Shown here in pieces: positions 63,893-64,000 of a stretch of 64,000 nt of DNA. The position numbers and the translations under genes are program-made. The DNA is from Chiloscyllium plagiosum (lineage: Eukaryota), in the NCBI RefSeq assembly GCF_004010195.1, contig NC_057718.1, positions 28,959,792 through 29,023,791 of the forward strand, read 5' to 3'. Positions within the stretch are counted from its first letter, which is position 1, and each line of letters starts with the position of its first letter. The notes beneath the pieces were generated by a model, which worked only from the letters and a program-made list of their open reading frames with translations, did no database searches and was not told the origin of the DNA.

Positions 63893-64000
63893 AGCAGGAT
63901 GCCATTGGCCAGATCAGACTGAAGTGGACCACTTTATTAACGCTGCAACAAAAGATCAGAGGCTAGGAATTCTCCTGCACATAATTCACCTAACTCCCCA

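Overview
Eukaryotic, repeat-dominated DNA from a cartilaginous fish (shark-like), inferred from HE1-type tRNA-derived SINEs that share their 3' tail with CR1/HER1-type LINEs. No intact host protein-coding gene could be supported; the ORF track is almost entirely transposon remnants or chance ORFs. The window holds many nested CR1 LINE fragments, about nine HE1-like SINEs, two Penelope-like (PLE) RT/GIY-YIG remnants, a decayed Ty1/copia element, solo LTRs, Tx1-like 3' ends and two assembly gaps. The most notable signal is a population of short, often palindromic, PLE-derived elements with 10-15 bp target-site duplications. They carry minimal hammerhead-ribozyme-like cores (CUGANGA-A-stem II-GAAA-palindromic stem III) in three sequence families whose stems covary. 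At 4.7-9.7 kb these elements form a nested hairpin inside an inverted duplication whose two arms each contain a 34-nt exon-like segment. Coordinates of degenerate repeats are approximate and were read by eye.
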